A stretch of DNA of 64,000 nt from Octopus sinensis (lineage: Eukaryota), in NCBI RefSeq assembly GCF_006345805.1, contig NC_043013.1:46872001-46936000 (forward strand), in the 5' to 3' direction. Shown here in pieces: positions 25,648 to 39,529 of the stretch. Position 1 is the stretch's first letter. Each line of letters starts with the position of its first letter. The position numbers and the translations under genes are program-made. The notes beneath the pieces are model-generated. The model was given only the letters and a program-made list of their open reading frames with translations, did no database searches and was not told the DNA's origin.

Positions 25648-26348
25648 ATTCAATAATGAGGGTGAATAAAATTATAGCTATTAATTCAATAATACCCTTA
25701 TTTTAACACCAAGCGACCTAGCACAAAAAAACCGGGGATACAAATTCATATTTATCCGTAAATATTAGAGAGCCAACTTTGAATATGTTAACTCTAAGTG
25801 CTAGAAATAGACCCAACCGGTAAAGTCGCCAACGATAATTCCACATAGAAATAGCACCACAGTCAACGCTATGAAATTGAATTACAACTAAATAATGGAT
25901 TAATGTTGTACAATTGTTTCCTCATTAACAAAATATGCAGATTATACTTACATAATTGTCTATGATTCGTCAGCAACAATTGTCAATATAATTGATCAGA
26001 CCCTTACAAGCGACGATTCTCCTATGGTCCGATGAATTACATTCAGGGTTGTAGTTACAAATTTCCTGCCGAAAGTAAATGCTAAGTGGAAGTGAATACC
26101 GCATGTAATATTTACTGCAGCATATCAAATCAATACATTCAATAATGAGGGTGAATAATATTATAGATATTAATTCAATAATACCCTTATTTTAACACCA
26201 AGCGACCTAGCACAATAAACCGGGGATACAAATCCATATTTATCCGTAAATATTAGAGAGCCAACTTTGAATATGTTAACTCTAAGTGCTAGAAATAGAC
26301 CCAACCGGTAAAGTCGCCAACAATAATTCCACATAGAAATAGCACTAC
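25648..26348 (-). mobile_element. Partial tandem (~1.4 units, 489-bp period) HHR-bearing element
   Basis: 25648-25860 is repeated at 26137-26348 with few differences; HHR in the unique part; (TA)n on both sides. Confidence 0.85.
25904..25978 (-). ncRNA. Type-I hammerhead ribozyme motif (canonical core)
   Basis: UGUUG-CUGACGA-[long stem II: UCAU/AUGA, GACAA/UUGUU, UAUGUA/UGCAUA]-GAAAC-AAUU-GUA-CAACA; stem I 5 bp perfect; stem III palindrome ACAAUUGU. Confidence 0.8.
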
Positions 26349-26367
26349 TATATATATATATATATAT

Positions 26368-26368
<1 letters not shown>

Positions 26369-26412
<44 letters not shown>

Positions 26413-26421
26413 AAGATAGAC

Positions 26422-26482
<61 letters not shown>
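26369..26482. repeat. (GATA)n microsatellite
   Basis: Direct reading. Confidence 0.95.
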
Positions 26483-26484
<2 letters not shown>

Positions 26485-26539
26485 CAGCTAGATATGTATG
26501 TACAAACACTCGCACACACACACATATACGTATATACAT

Positions 26540-26686
26540 CGGGCTGCTTTCAGTGTCTGTCTACCAAATCCACTCAAAATTATTTGGTCAACCCAGTGCT
26601 ATAGCAGACACTTGCCCAAGGAAACCTGCTGTGTGACTGAACCCGGACGCTTGTGTTTGGAAGCAGCCTTCTTACCACACACGCCT
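26540..26686 (-). mobile_element. CORE-type SINE 5' half
   Basis: Reverse complement contains CCTTGGGCAAGTGTCT and GAGTGGATTTGGTAGAC. Confidence 0.75.
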
Positions 26687-27230
26687 ATATATATTACGCA
26701 CACACACACACACACACACACCATACATACACATGCGTATATATATATATATGTACAAGCGTGTGCATGTGTCTATATTTGTGTATACATATATGTTTGC
26801 ATGTGTGTCTGAGTGTGTCTGCATAACAAAGTACTCTGTAGCTGATAATTATCTGTGGTATTTTCAACTGTTAAAATTATTGAACATGAAGGATCTGAAA
26901 AATTGTTGTGTATATTATATATATATATATTATATTATATATAATATATATATATATATATAAATAGATATAGGGATGGTATTATTAAATACCATCACAA
27001 GTGGTAAGCGAATTATCAGCCGTACAGGCAAATTAATAAAATATATACATACAATATTAGATATGTACATATATACACATGAGTACCTATATCGCTAATG
27101 ATAGAAATCAAAAAATACTTCTGTATCACTGAATAGACACAAATCTACTACAGACAAGATAGGTAAAAATATCAGTGAACAATAATAATGTCTTACCTCA
27201 AATGGGTCAGAACAAGTAAATGCTGGTCAA

Positions 27231-27288
27231 CCTGGTACCGGTTTCGAAATTTAGCGCCAAATTGGCGCGTGATTTCTCATCATCCAAA
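27231..27288 (-). ncRNA. Type-I hammerhead fold with C3-to-A substitution, inside a (TA)n-flanked element (~26970-27320)
   Basis: UUUGG-AUGAUGA-GAAAU..GCGCCAA/UUGGCGC..AUUUC-GAAAC-CG-GUA-CCAGG; stem III palindrome ACCGGU. Confidence 0.7.
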
Positions 27289-27315
27289 GATCGCCAGCTA
27301 AATATCTACTAACAT

Positions 27316-27361
<46 letters not shown>

Positions 27362-27474
27362 CGGGAAGCTTTATGAAAATAAACAAAAGACGAAGGCAGG
27401 TGGAAGACAAACGAACAATTGTATTAGTATGGCGCTCAGGAAATATAAATAAAACAAGTCTTTAACGTTTCGAG

Positions 27475-27574
27475 NNNNNNNNNNNNNNNNNNNNNNNNNN
27501 NNNNNNNNNNNNNNNNNNNNNNNNNNNNNNNNNNNNNNNNNNNNNNNNNNNNNNNNNNNNNNNNNNNNNNNNNN
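27475..27574. other. Assembly gap (100 N)
   Basis: Run of N; cuts a family-A-like element at its HHR. Confidence 0.99.
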
Positions 27575-28150
27575 TCACCACAACCACTACCACCACCACA
27601 ACCACCACCCCACAACTACCACCACAACCACCACCACAACCACCACCACAAACACCACCACAACCATCACCACAAACACTACCACTACCACCACAACAAC
27701 CACTGCCACCACGACTACCACCACCACCACTACCACCACTAACAACAACAACAGCAACGACATGTCAGCTGTAACAATAACAAGTAGAGCCATGACAACG
27801 ATGGTGCTACTATCACTCTCGACATCAACAACGACAACAGCACCAACGACTGTGGCTCTACCGACTGAAATAACAATAGGAAAGGACAATCGCAACAACA
27901 ACGACAACAACAGCAACGAAGATAACAACCACATCAGAATCCTAAAGACATCGACGACAACGACGATGACAAGGAGAAGAGCAATAACAACAACAACGGC
28001 GGTAACGGTAGAATGTACATCAACAACGATAACCACAACAGCAGGAGAAACAACGCCATCTACACGAACAATGATGATGACAACAACTGCAGTGAGAGCG
28101 ACATCAACAACAATAAGAAGAACGTCTCTAAGAACAACGACGATAATGGT
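27575..28150. repeat. (CAC)n grading into degenerate (ACA)n array
   Basis: Trinucleotide-periodic low complexity; mirrored by an opposite-strand degenerate (TGT/TAT)n at 28385-28620. Confidence 0.8.
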
Positions 28151-30029
28151 TAAGAACATTGTCGGTGCCTTCTCATTCCTTTGCAATAATATATAATCCC
28201 TATTGTCTACGTACGTGCGAATTTAGTGAGGGTTTGGCGGGAGGACGACGTTCTGTTTTTCTCTTGTGGAAAACCTCTGCAATATCACTTACGGCTACTC
28301 TGCCTCTTATTTTCACTGAATTGTTCTGAGCTTTTAAAAATCTTTGATTCCCCTTGTCATTACATCCTATTGTTTTACCGCTTTAATACTTGTTGTTGTT
28401 TCTTTTGCTTTGCTATATATTCTAACCGTTATTGTTGTTGCTATTGTTGTTATAGGTGTGTTGAAGCTATTGTTTTCTGCTCTACTTTGTTATTGTACCT
28501 ATTGTTACTGCTATTGTTGCAATTATTGCCCTTCTTCTATTCGCTACTGTTGTACATGTTGTTATTGTTATCATTATTATTATTATTATTATTATTATAA
28601 TTATCACTGCTGTGTTGTTGTCCCACTGTTATTGTCTTTGTTTGTTTCGATGACGTCGTTGTTTATAAACTTCCCTAGGTTCCCCCAACCTCTAATTCGT
28701 TTGTCGCATGGTGTTTCGACTTGATTTCTAACTTTACAAATTTCCCAAGATTTCTCCACCCATCGTTTCAAATTTCTTTGTCTTATGATGTAATCAAAGC
28801 CGGAAAAAAAAGGACTTCGAGATTAGTTTGGTAAAAAAAATAATAACTACACTCGGGTTGCTGTTAACCTCTACATCAAAACGTGTAAACAATCCAAGAT
28901 TAGAGACAAAAGGACGAATCTTGCGGCAATTAGGACAGGCTCCAGACGCATACCTCGCACAGTTGATCTCTAGCTGTGTCTCACGTCGAGGTATTTGCTA
29001 AAAGACCACTTCTACCTGCAACCTATAATAAACAGGCAACCTCTAAAAAGTCACAGAACCTGAAACAAATCATATTTTTGCATCTAAATAAAAATGAAGT
29101 AAATATTAACGCAAATGTTTCTGGACACACTATCCGGGAAGAAAACTGAGAAAGTAAAACAAATACAAAAAAAGAAAAGAAGGGCATGGTGATGACTAGG
29201 CACGCCTTTCAATCTTAATTTTGTATGCTTTGAACAGCACTGGGGTTTAAACAACAACAGTAACAACAGCAACAATTGGACACCAAGTACTAACACAGCA
29301 CAAGGATGAGCCAAAACAAAAACAAAGAAATAATAGCGAAAGATACTCAATCTGAAGAACAGGAGCCAATGATTGTAACAGAATGCCCTCCACTAAAATA
29401 GTGTACCTAAGGTTGAGCGGTGATGTTGAAGTTTTAATGTTGTCCTGAACTGTTTCTTTTACAGTTCAGATCGCAGAAGATACCGAAGACTTCATTAAGT
29501 TATTTTCGTTTTAAACAGTTCCACAGCAGCAATTTATGGAAGTACTTTCATAGTCTTGCAAATCTCAGCAATGGTTTCTTCAGATTTTTAAGAATTCTCT
29601 AAATCTCATCTTTTGTTTGGTTATTTTGTTTGTTTTGGCTTTCTTCTTGCTCCGTTAATTTATTCACATGTTCTGCCGTGTATGTCGTTTATACATACAC
29701 ATAAACGTACAACTACACACAAATATATACATATGCGCATGTATATACACGTATATACACATATGTAAACATAAATGCAAAAAGAGATACGAGGTAATGA
29801 TTATCTATTTAGCTAGATAGTCAGCTAGCTCTCTCGCCCCCTCCAACTGTCCCTCCTTCCCTCACTCTCTCTCTCTCTCTCTCTCTCGCTCTCTCTCTTC
29901 TATATATTATATATATATGTATATAATAATATATTAATATATATATATATATATATATATATTAGATATATATATATATATTATACATATATGTGTGTGC
30001 GAGGACGTTCAGGGAAGGAAAGAAAGATG

Positions 30030-30064
30030 GCTTAACGTTTCGAGCAGAGCTCTTCTTCAGAAAC
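30030..30064 (-). ncRNA. Minimal type-I hammerhead motif (canonical core) in a family-A-related fragment
   Basis: GUUU-CUGAAGA-A-GAGC(UCU)GCUC-GAAAC-GUU-AAGC. Confidence 0.7.
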
Positions 30065-30973
30065 AGAGGAAAGTCCAGTAAAAAAGGAAGACTAAGGGAA
30101 AAAAACCGCCAACGATTCACATATGCATATATACACCACTCTGTAAACCTAGATACATATAATGGCAATAAAACTTACACTAAACACTTGAAAACATGTA
30201 GTAAGGCTGCGAATTGTTCATACATCTTACACTTAAACATAAGAAAACAGTTTTCTAAAACATAACAAAACAAAGCATGAATATGAATGATCTCTCTTCC
30301 ACACCTGTTCCACACAAAAAAGCGCTACACTTACCAGGTCTTTTCTATAACTATTAAACCTGCAAGGTTGGAAACCAAATGGATTTATCTACATAAATTA
30401 TGATATTAACAGACTCCATCTGAATATCTCCTTTCAGAAGTAAATAATTCTTTTTAAACCAGAAAAAAATCAACAATAAAAACAAAAACCGTTTATAATA
30501 CCCTACTTAAAAGTCAATATCTAATCACCCCAAATTATAAAGTTACATGAGTATCCATTATCACTGGAACATTTAGTTATAATATTAAGAGTTATAATTT
30601 TGGTTATATTATTAAAGGTTATAATTAAGCAATAATCTGGAAAAGATAGGATATTTTTTAACATGTATTATGTATGTGAAACGTATTATATATAAAACAA
30701 GTATTTTACGAATTCAATCTGTAAAGAACATCTAAAATATGAAAGGCTTCTCGAAAATTCAAGATGTAACTCCATACTTTTGTTGTTAACCATATTAGAA
30801 AGCTAGAACTTTGTTTCTTTTTTGAAAATTTGCCCCCCTTTTATGAGAAGAATTCAAAGAATTTAATAAGAAAGTAATATACGCATACGTCTATTTAGAC
30901 ATAAACACATAATTATGTACATGTGAACACATATGATCTTGAATTTTTCAGTGTACGTATTTGTGTGTGTATG

Positions 30974-31016
<43 letters not shown>

Positions 31017-31532
31017 TGTGTGGCAAGGCAGGGTGAATAAGTACATAGGAATTAAGAAATTGTATATATTTAAACAAACATAACTCTATCATTATACAAA
31101 TGTGTGAAAAATCTACGTGACGTTTTACTCTCTGCCTTCCCCCATTCTCTCCAGCCATCATTACGTTTCTCTTAATTATACGTGCTTCGACTTTCTATCT
31201 CTTTCAGTTAGCAATCTCTGCAGGAAGCGTGTTACCCGATTATAGATCATTCTTCGCGTTTATTATCATACGTAGTCACTAGATAGACTTCAACAATTAT
31301 TCTGCTTTGTTGTAACTGTCATACATTAGTGTTGCTAATTACTTTGTCATGGCTGACATGCGACTGTGTGCGAACGTCAAGAATCAGTTTGCTCTATTCC
31401 TGTCAAAGCCATTTCACACTAAACATCATGATCGGTCATTGATCTGGAAGAAAAATGAATCTCTCTATATTTATTTATATTCACTGCGAAACCTATAGTT
31501 GTCATCCGTTACATTTTAGTCTAAGTATTATA

Positions 31533-31910
31533 GGAGCACTCCGTCGATTACGACGATGAGGGTCCCAGCTGATACGATCAACGGAACAGCTTGCTCGTGG
31601 AATTAACGTGTAAGTGGCTGAGCACTCCACAGACACGTGTACCCTTAACGTAGTTCTCGAGGAGATTCAGCGTGACACAGAGTGTGACAAGGCTGGGCCT
31701 TTGAAATACAGGTATAACAGAAACAGGAAGAAAGAGTGAGAGAAAGTTGTGGTGAAAGAGTACAGTAGGGTTCACCCCCCCCTGCAGGAGCCTTGTGAAG
31801 CTTTAGGTGTTTTCGCTCAATAAACACTCACAATGCCCGGTCTGGGAATCGAAACCGCGATCCTACGACCGCGAGTCCGCTGCCCTAACCACTGGGTCAT
31901 TGCGCCTCCA
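31533..31910 (-). mobile_element. tRNA-derived SINE, head 1 + tail A, full length
   Basis: Pol III A/B boxes; 12-bp TSD GTCTAAGTATTA at 31519-31530 and 31913-31924. Confidence 0.92.
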
Positions 31911-32518
31911 CGGTCTAAGTATTACACAAATGATGGATCCGTTAAGCAGTTGCTCAGCTTGCCAGGACTCTCCCTCTGATCACCTCACCGCTCTTTTAAA
32001 CAAAGAAGGAGAGATTGTACATAGGCTACGTCTAAAAATCTGGTTATCGTAGTCTTATCTACTCAGAGATGAATTGAAGCTGAACAACAGCTAGACTTAT
32101 TCTTCTGAGGTGAGGTAAAATCGATTCAACGAAATGCAATATATTACTGGCATTTATCGATCAGAGGCCATCGGAACGGACTAACTGAACAGAAATTCAT
32201 TAATGATTATCTACTTAAATCATAGTAATCACATCAACAAGAGCTTAATGGCTGTAGGGACATTTATATAGGGGGACGAATCGATGCTTGTATATAGCTG
32301 TTTTCTATCGATCTCTTTACCTATGTGTACCTTCATTAGATGCACTGATGTCACGGAATCGATAAAATAGATACAGTTATGCTGAGACCGATAAATAAGT
32401 TAAAGGGATGGAAAGTGAAATCCTTCCCAGCAGTATTTGAATCCGAAAATATAGAGTAATCGAAGCAAATTCATTGATACCTGGCCAAATCAAAAACAGA
32501 TGAATATACATAATATTT

Positions 32519-32910
32519 ATTTCAAATTTTAGCACAAAGCCAGTAACTTCAGGGAAGAGAGTGAGTTGATTATAGTAACCCCAGTGTTTAACTGGTACTT
32601 ATCTTATTGATCCTGAAAGGATGAAAAGCAAAATCGACCTTGGCAGAATATGTACTCAGAACGCGAAGACGGACGAAATGCGGCTAAGCATTTTGACCGG
32701 CGTGATAACGATTCTGCTAACTCACTGGCTTACAGATGAATATAACATTGATTTCAAAACTTGGCACGAGGCCAGTAAGTTCGTGGGGAGAGGCTTGGTC
32801 GATCAAATCGGCCCCCTTGTTCACCCAGTACTATTTTATCGACCCCGAAAGGATGAAAGGTGAAGTTGATCTCGGCCGAATTTGAACCCAGAACTAAAGA
32901 TGCACGAAAT
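32519..32910 (-). mobile_element. Two tandem Meta/MESC-like SINEs
   Basis: Copies at ~32519-32731 and ~32749-32910 with the family core. Confidence 0.8.
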
Positions 32911-33231
32911 GCCAAACAGGCTATAGTAGATGACAGGTATTTTCTAAAGGACATCTGATGAAACAGACCGTAAGAAATATCGTCAACTCTTTGATTCTGA
33001 AAAAAAAACAAGAAAGAAGACAAAAATATCCTAAAAAACTGGAAAAGTTCCGAATACAGTAAACTTCAGTGAGATTCTTTTATAGAATCCTACTGTAAAG
33101 ATATGCGAGATTTTTTAAAACAGAACGCAGCATTCTACACTCTAAGACAACTGTAATGTTTAAAAGGAATGAACATCTGACAAAATACACGTTGCAGTGA
33201 TAAGATATAATTATATTGAATAAATATAAGC

Positions 33232-33405
33232 ACAGGAGTAGCTGTGTGGTAAGTAGCTGTGTGGTAAGTAGCTTGCTTACCAACCACATGGTTCCGATTT
33301 CAATCCCACTGCGTGGCACCTTGGGCAAGTGTCTTCAACTATAGCCTCGAGCCGACCAAAGCCTTGTGAGTGGATTTGGTAGACGGAAACTGAAGAAGCC
33401 CGTCG

Positions 33406-33501
<96 letters not shown>

Positions 33502-33770
33502 GTGTATGTATGTATGTATGTACGTATGTATGTATGTGTGTATGTATGTGTGTGTGTGTGTATGATTGTGTGTCTGTGTTTGTCCCCCGACCATCGCTTG
33601 ACAACTGATGTGGGTGTGTTCAAGTCGCCGTAACTTAGCGGTTCGACAAAAAGGGACCCATAGAATAAGTGCTAGGCTTACGAAGAATAAGTACTGGGGT
33701 CGATTTGTTCGATTAAAGGCGGTGCTGCAGCATGGCCGCAGTCAAATGACTGAAACAAATAAAAGAAAGA
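33232..33770 (+). mobile_element. Full-length CORE-type SINE with internal (TA)/(TG) microsatellite
   Basis: tRNA-like head (15-bp duplication GTAGCTGTGTGGTAA), CCTTGGGCAAGTGTCTT core, internal repeat ~33407-33562, tail ..GCATGGCCGCAGTCAAATGACTGAAAC. Confidence 0.9.
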
Positions 33771-33849
33771 AATATGCACAAACTATGGAATGAATATATG
33801 TTAATAAATATATAGCTTCCCAGTCAAAATACCAGCAATCATAATCTTC

Positions 33850-34059
33850 TTTTACTATAGGCACAAGGCTTGAAATCTTGTGAGGAGCGGCCTAGTCTAT
33901 TAAATGAACTCCAGTGCGCAACTGGTACTTATTTTATCGACCCCCCAAAATAGAAGGCAAACTCAACCTCAGAGGAATTTGAAGTCAGAACATAAAGATT
34001 GACAAGATACTGCTAAGCATTTTGTCCAGCGTGCTAACGATTCTGCAGGCTCACCGGCT
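33850..34059 (-). mobile_element. Meta/MESC-like SINE
   Basis: Family head and core, diverged. Confidence 0.75.
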
Positions 34060-34261
34060 AACACCAGCAGCATAATAAAGTAGTACTTAATTAATTAAAG
34101 TTAATTAAATTCAATAATTTTAATACACTTGATGCATAAACAAATAGCCATCCATCCGTTTGAAGTCTTCAAGTTATGGCTATGCAGAAGAGAATTTCAC
34201 AAACTCTAAAAATACAAATTCTTAAAACAGGAATGCACACACACAAACACATAGGCACACA

Positions 34262-34302
<41 letters not shown>

Positions 34303-34659
34303 AACTGTGTAGACACAAAAATCCATGATAAAGAAATAAAATTTCTGTTCGTAAAAGAAAATATAGCACAATATAAAGAGCATGGGAATTTTCAGGAAAA
34401 CCTGAGAGGATGAATATTATCAAAAAACATTATAACTGTCACAAATCAAACAAACCGAATGAAGAGAATTTTGTATAAGATGTTGGACCAAAGAATAAGA
34501 AACAAAATTATTTAAAATATGAAATAAGCAGTATAACGAACACCATACAAAAAAAGTGAGAAACGGATATTATTAAAAATAGCAAGGAGGGAAATATTTA
34601 ATAATAAGGTTCCAATTTATTGAGACAAAAGTAAAACAAGAATCTATAAAAAATGGTTA

Positions 34660-34867
34660 TAAAATTTGGCACAAAGCCAATATTTTCGGGGAGGAGGTAA
34701 GACGATTACATCAACTCTTGTGCTCAACTGGTACTTATCTTATTGACCCCGAATGGATGAAAGGCAAAGTCGATCTCGGTGGAATTTGATCTCAGAACAT
34801 GAAAACGGACGAAATGCCGCTAAGCATCTTGCCTGGCATACTAACAATTCAGCCAGGTCGCCGACCT
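34660..34867 (-). mobile_element. Meta/MESC-like SINE (tail 1)
   Basis: Family head, core and tail. Confidence 0.8.
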
Positions 34868-35597
34868 AAAAGTTGACCTTGGACGAGATTTTAACTCAGA
34901 GAGTTAAGTGGCACAACTCGCTTACGCCATTCAAAATTGTTCCACCCACTCGACCCCTTTATTCAACAAAAACCCGCTGAAAAAAATGAACCTCTACAAT
35001 ATTGAAAACTAATATCGAAAGAAGGTATGGAACTATCATTACAATGAAGGACTGAGAAATCAAACAACTAAGACTGTGAAAAATTGCTGGTAGATTAATA
35101 AATATTCCTAGCATGAATCCTTGAGAGGCTGACATAAAGCCATAAAGCCAAAACAGATTATAGGCCACTATTAAATACTATGTAGAAGGTCGTAAACATT
35201 TATCAATAATAACTACATTAATAAAAGCGAAAGAAATTCAAGAGAAATATTATAGTTGTGAGTATATAATATTGATCGATATTACTGGTGTGTTGCCAGA
35301 AAAAGTCATGAGGTAAACTAGAAGGCAATACAATTATAGTTTTTCTTGTCGATGGTGCTACAATCTCAACACATTGCGTATAGCATTTTAAAATGGTATG
35401 TCAAAGTGAAACATTAAGTGGTCTTAAACATAACACTGCCACCACGCCTTGCAGTCACATTCCCAGTAATAACATCAGTGAAGCCGCAACGTGTCTTCCT
35501 TTGTTTGACTCTCATCAGTGGTCCTGACAAACATTGTTTGACGTTTGCTAAACTTCTGCAGTAGTGATGAAAGGTAAAAGCCAGCTGTTTTATAAAT

Positions 35598-35980
35598 GGA
35601 AGCACTCCGTCGGTTACGACGACGAGGGTTCCGGTTGATCCGATCAACGGAACAGCCTGCTCGTGAAATTAACGTGTAAGTGGCTGAGTACTCCACAGAC
35701 ACGTGTACCCTTAACGTAGTTCTCGGGGATATTCAGCGTGACACAGGGAGTGACAAGGCCGGCCCTTTGAAGTACAGGTACAACAGAAACAGGAAGTAAG
35801 AGTGAGAGAAAGTTGTGGTGAAAGAGTACAACAGGGATCACCACCATCCCCTGCCGGAGCTTCGTGGAGCTTTAGGTGTTTTCGCTCAATAAACACTCAC
35901 AACGCCCGGTCTGGGAATCGAAACCGCGATCCTACGACCGCGAGTCCGCTGCCCTAACCACTGGGCCATTGCGCCTCCAC
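35598..35980 (-). mobile_element. tRNA-derived SINE, head 1 + tail A, with 131-bp flanking direct repeat
   Basis: Full-length copy; 35459-35589 is repeated at 35982-36112 with 3 mismatches seen. Confidence 0.93.
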
Positions 35981-37854
35981 TATTCCCAGTAATAACATCA
36001 GTGAAGCCGCAACGTGTCTTCCTTTGTTTGACTCTCATCAGTGCTCCTGTCAAACATTGTTTGACGTTTGCTAAACTTCTGCAGTAGTGATGAAAGGTTA
36101 AAGCCAGCTGTTACCAGCTGTGGAATGAATGGTTTTTGTTACTGAATTATTATGACATATTCATACCTGTAGGAACACATTTTAAAGGGTAGTGAATTGC
36201 CAATTAAATTTCAACATTGAATGCCGAGACGTAATTACACCTTAGCACAGTTTGCTTGAATAAATCGAAAGACTCCTAAGTTATAAAAAAGCAAGTAGAT
36301 GGTTGTTGGAGCAATATGAATCATGTTGCTCTTAAGCCGGTGTATGCTGCTATTTCCTGATGTGATCAATGTCACTGAAAATAGATTTGTCATTTGCAAC
36401 ATTATTGTGCGAAAACAAGGTGACGAGCTGGTGGAGCTATTACCGACTGGCACAACATGTTTCATAGCATTTCTTCCGGTTCTTTACGTTCTGAGTTCAA
36501 AATTGCTGACCTGGTACCAAAATTAGAAAGAATTATAGCGGTAAAACTAATATTATCGAACCCTGTGCAATTGTAACCGTAAGTAAGATAACAAATATAT
36601 GATTGCATTCTTGAACAAAATTGTCTTTTCTGAAAATAATTTTCTGAAAATAGGAAGAGTGTCTCGTAAAAAGAATAGACAGAATGCGATGCAGATTTGC
36701 TTACTTTCAACGGAACGCTTCACAAGATAAAGTTTTGAAATGAGAATAGTACGCCCAATTGGAAAAAGAATATTTAGAAATATTTTTCTAATTAGCTCAT
36801 TCACGATATGATGAGATAGATTAAGGATTTCTTATATTCTGAACTCTCTCAGTAACAAGGTTCAAGAAATATCAATGAGTGTCACACAAAAGAAGATTAA
36901 TAAGAAAAAAAGAAAAACAAGTTAAACTGAGAATTAAGAGATTAAACAGTGAATGAGGAATTTCACAAGAATTTTTCCAAAATGAATATACGTTCATGGT
37001 ATGAAGGCGAGATAAAATCAATTGTAGATCGAAGGTTAATCAATAGTCAGAAATTTGAATTCAATAACATATAAAGAGAATCCTTTCAATTTTATTTTCT
37101 ACACATTACCGCATTTATTTACTATTCTATCATACACCTCAGCGAAAATTGAAATCTACCAATCTTTAATGTATAAATGTTTATATTTATTGGGCTTTTT
37201 GTTCTTTATTTTGTTTTAATCATCGTGACCAAGGCCATGAGGGAGATCCGCCTTCGGTTCATTTCTCCCGAACACGGGGACCCCGTACAATATATTACTA
37301 ATAATTCAATAATTAACACACATACACTCACACACACTATGGAGATGATTCTATACATATGCATACATATACGATCACACGTAGACAGACATATATACAC
37401 GTATACATGTATACAGAAACACTCACGATTTTATAGTTGTATTCGCAGAAAATGCGCATACTCTAGACAGGTACATAAATGTATCTGATTATAAGCAAAC
37501 GTGTGCATATACTCTCATATTCACATATACACGCCCACACACACACACACGCATATATATATATATATTAATATATATATATATATAGATATATATATAT
37601 ATTATATATATACATATATATATTATATATATACATATATATATAGACATACATATACACACATATATATGTATATACATGTATATGTGCGAACGTGTGT
37701 GTCTGCGTGTGAGGGTTTATACATGATATATACATAAAAAGATTTTAAAATATATACTAGTATCTGCATATACATTTACACATATGCACATGCATACACC
37801 CACACGCACTCCACCACAAAGACACATATACATGCACACACAAATATATATATG

Positions 37855-37902
<48 letters not shown>

Positions 37903-38823
37903 ATATATTACATATATATCATAACTATATATATATATATACACATACAAATATACATACACATATATACATATATACACACACATATATATATATATAC
38001 ATATAATATATATACATATATATAACACATATGTATATATATATATATATATATACATATATAAATATATATATAACAATATATATACTATATATATACA
38101 TATAAACATACATATAATGCATATATATAATATATATACATAATATATACATATATATTATATACATATATATAATATATATATATATATAATATATATA
38201 ATATATATACAATATATATATATAATATATACATACATGCAGACATACATACATAGCTATATATATTATATATATATTATATAAATGTATACACTCACAC
38301 ACACGCACACACATAGGCACGCATACATTTACGTGCTCCTGTTTGTGTGCGCGAAGAGGGTGTGTTAAGCTATTACATCATTAATAGCAGTAAAGCAAGT
38401 CAGTATCAATTGTGTCTAGTCAATTATCGCGTTTTTTTTTTCTTCTCCTTCTGCTTTCTTCCTTCATATTGCTATCACTATACTTTAGAAGCTTGTTTTC
38501 ACATTTTTTTCTTTTGCTCTCTCACACTCACTCTCTTTTATTTTCTCCCCCTTTTTCTTTTAAGACTCAATTAGCAATGGTTAATCAGGAATTGAAAAAA
38601 ATATCGCGAGAACGTTTGGGTGTCTTTTTTTTTTGTTTTTGAGAACGTACATACATCTACATACGTACGTGTCTGTATTCATGTTTATGCATCCATATAT
38701 ACACACATACATTCATTCATATACATACATAAGTATATTGATTTATATACAAAATGCATCACATACATGCATACATATGAATATAAGTGTGTATATGCAT
38801 GCATTTTTTTATATAAATCTGTG

Positions 38824-38856
<33 letters not shown>

Positions 38857-38929
38857 GCATAGACATACACACACACACACGCATATATGCATGTGTATGC
38901 ATGTCTCTGTCTCTGAATGTCTGTCTCTC

Positions 38930-38997
<68 letters not shown>

Positions 38998-39031
38998 CAC
39001 ACTTATCTACATATACATACAGGCATGCATA

Positions 39032-39096
<65 letters not shown>

Positions 39097-39529
39097 ATGT
39101 ATATGTATGTATGTATGTATATGCATACACATATACACAAATATACGTGAGTAGATGTGTGTGTGTGTGTATGTGTGTGTGTAAAGGGAAGGAAGTAAAT
39201 ATGAATTTCTTATATTTATCCAATATTGGGGAAATCTGCCATTTTATTGGTGATAAAGCAAAACATTTACTCTTATAACTGACGTCATAGCGTTTATTTG
39301 ACTGAAAATGAACTCATTTGTATCGGACTTTTGCTTAATTCTATTTTGCCTTGTAGATCTTTGCCCTCCCCCTTCATTTTCCTCTCCCTTTACCACCTTT
39401 TACTTTGCAGCAATCCTTTCAAGCAATGGAGAAAAAAAAATGAGAGTCCCCTAAAAAAAAATTTTATGTCAATGTTAAAAGAGCACCCTAGTACTTTGGT
39501 GGTAAGAACAGATCTGTTTAACATCTGTA

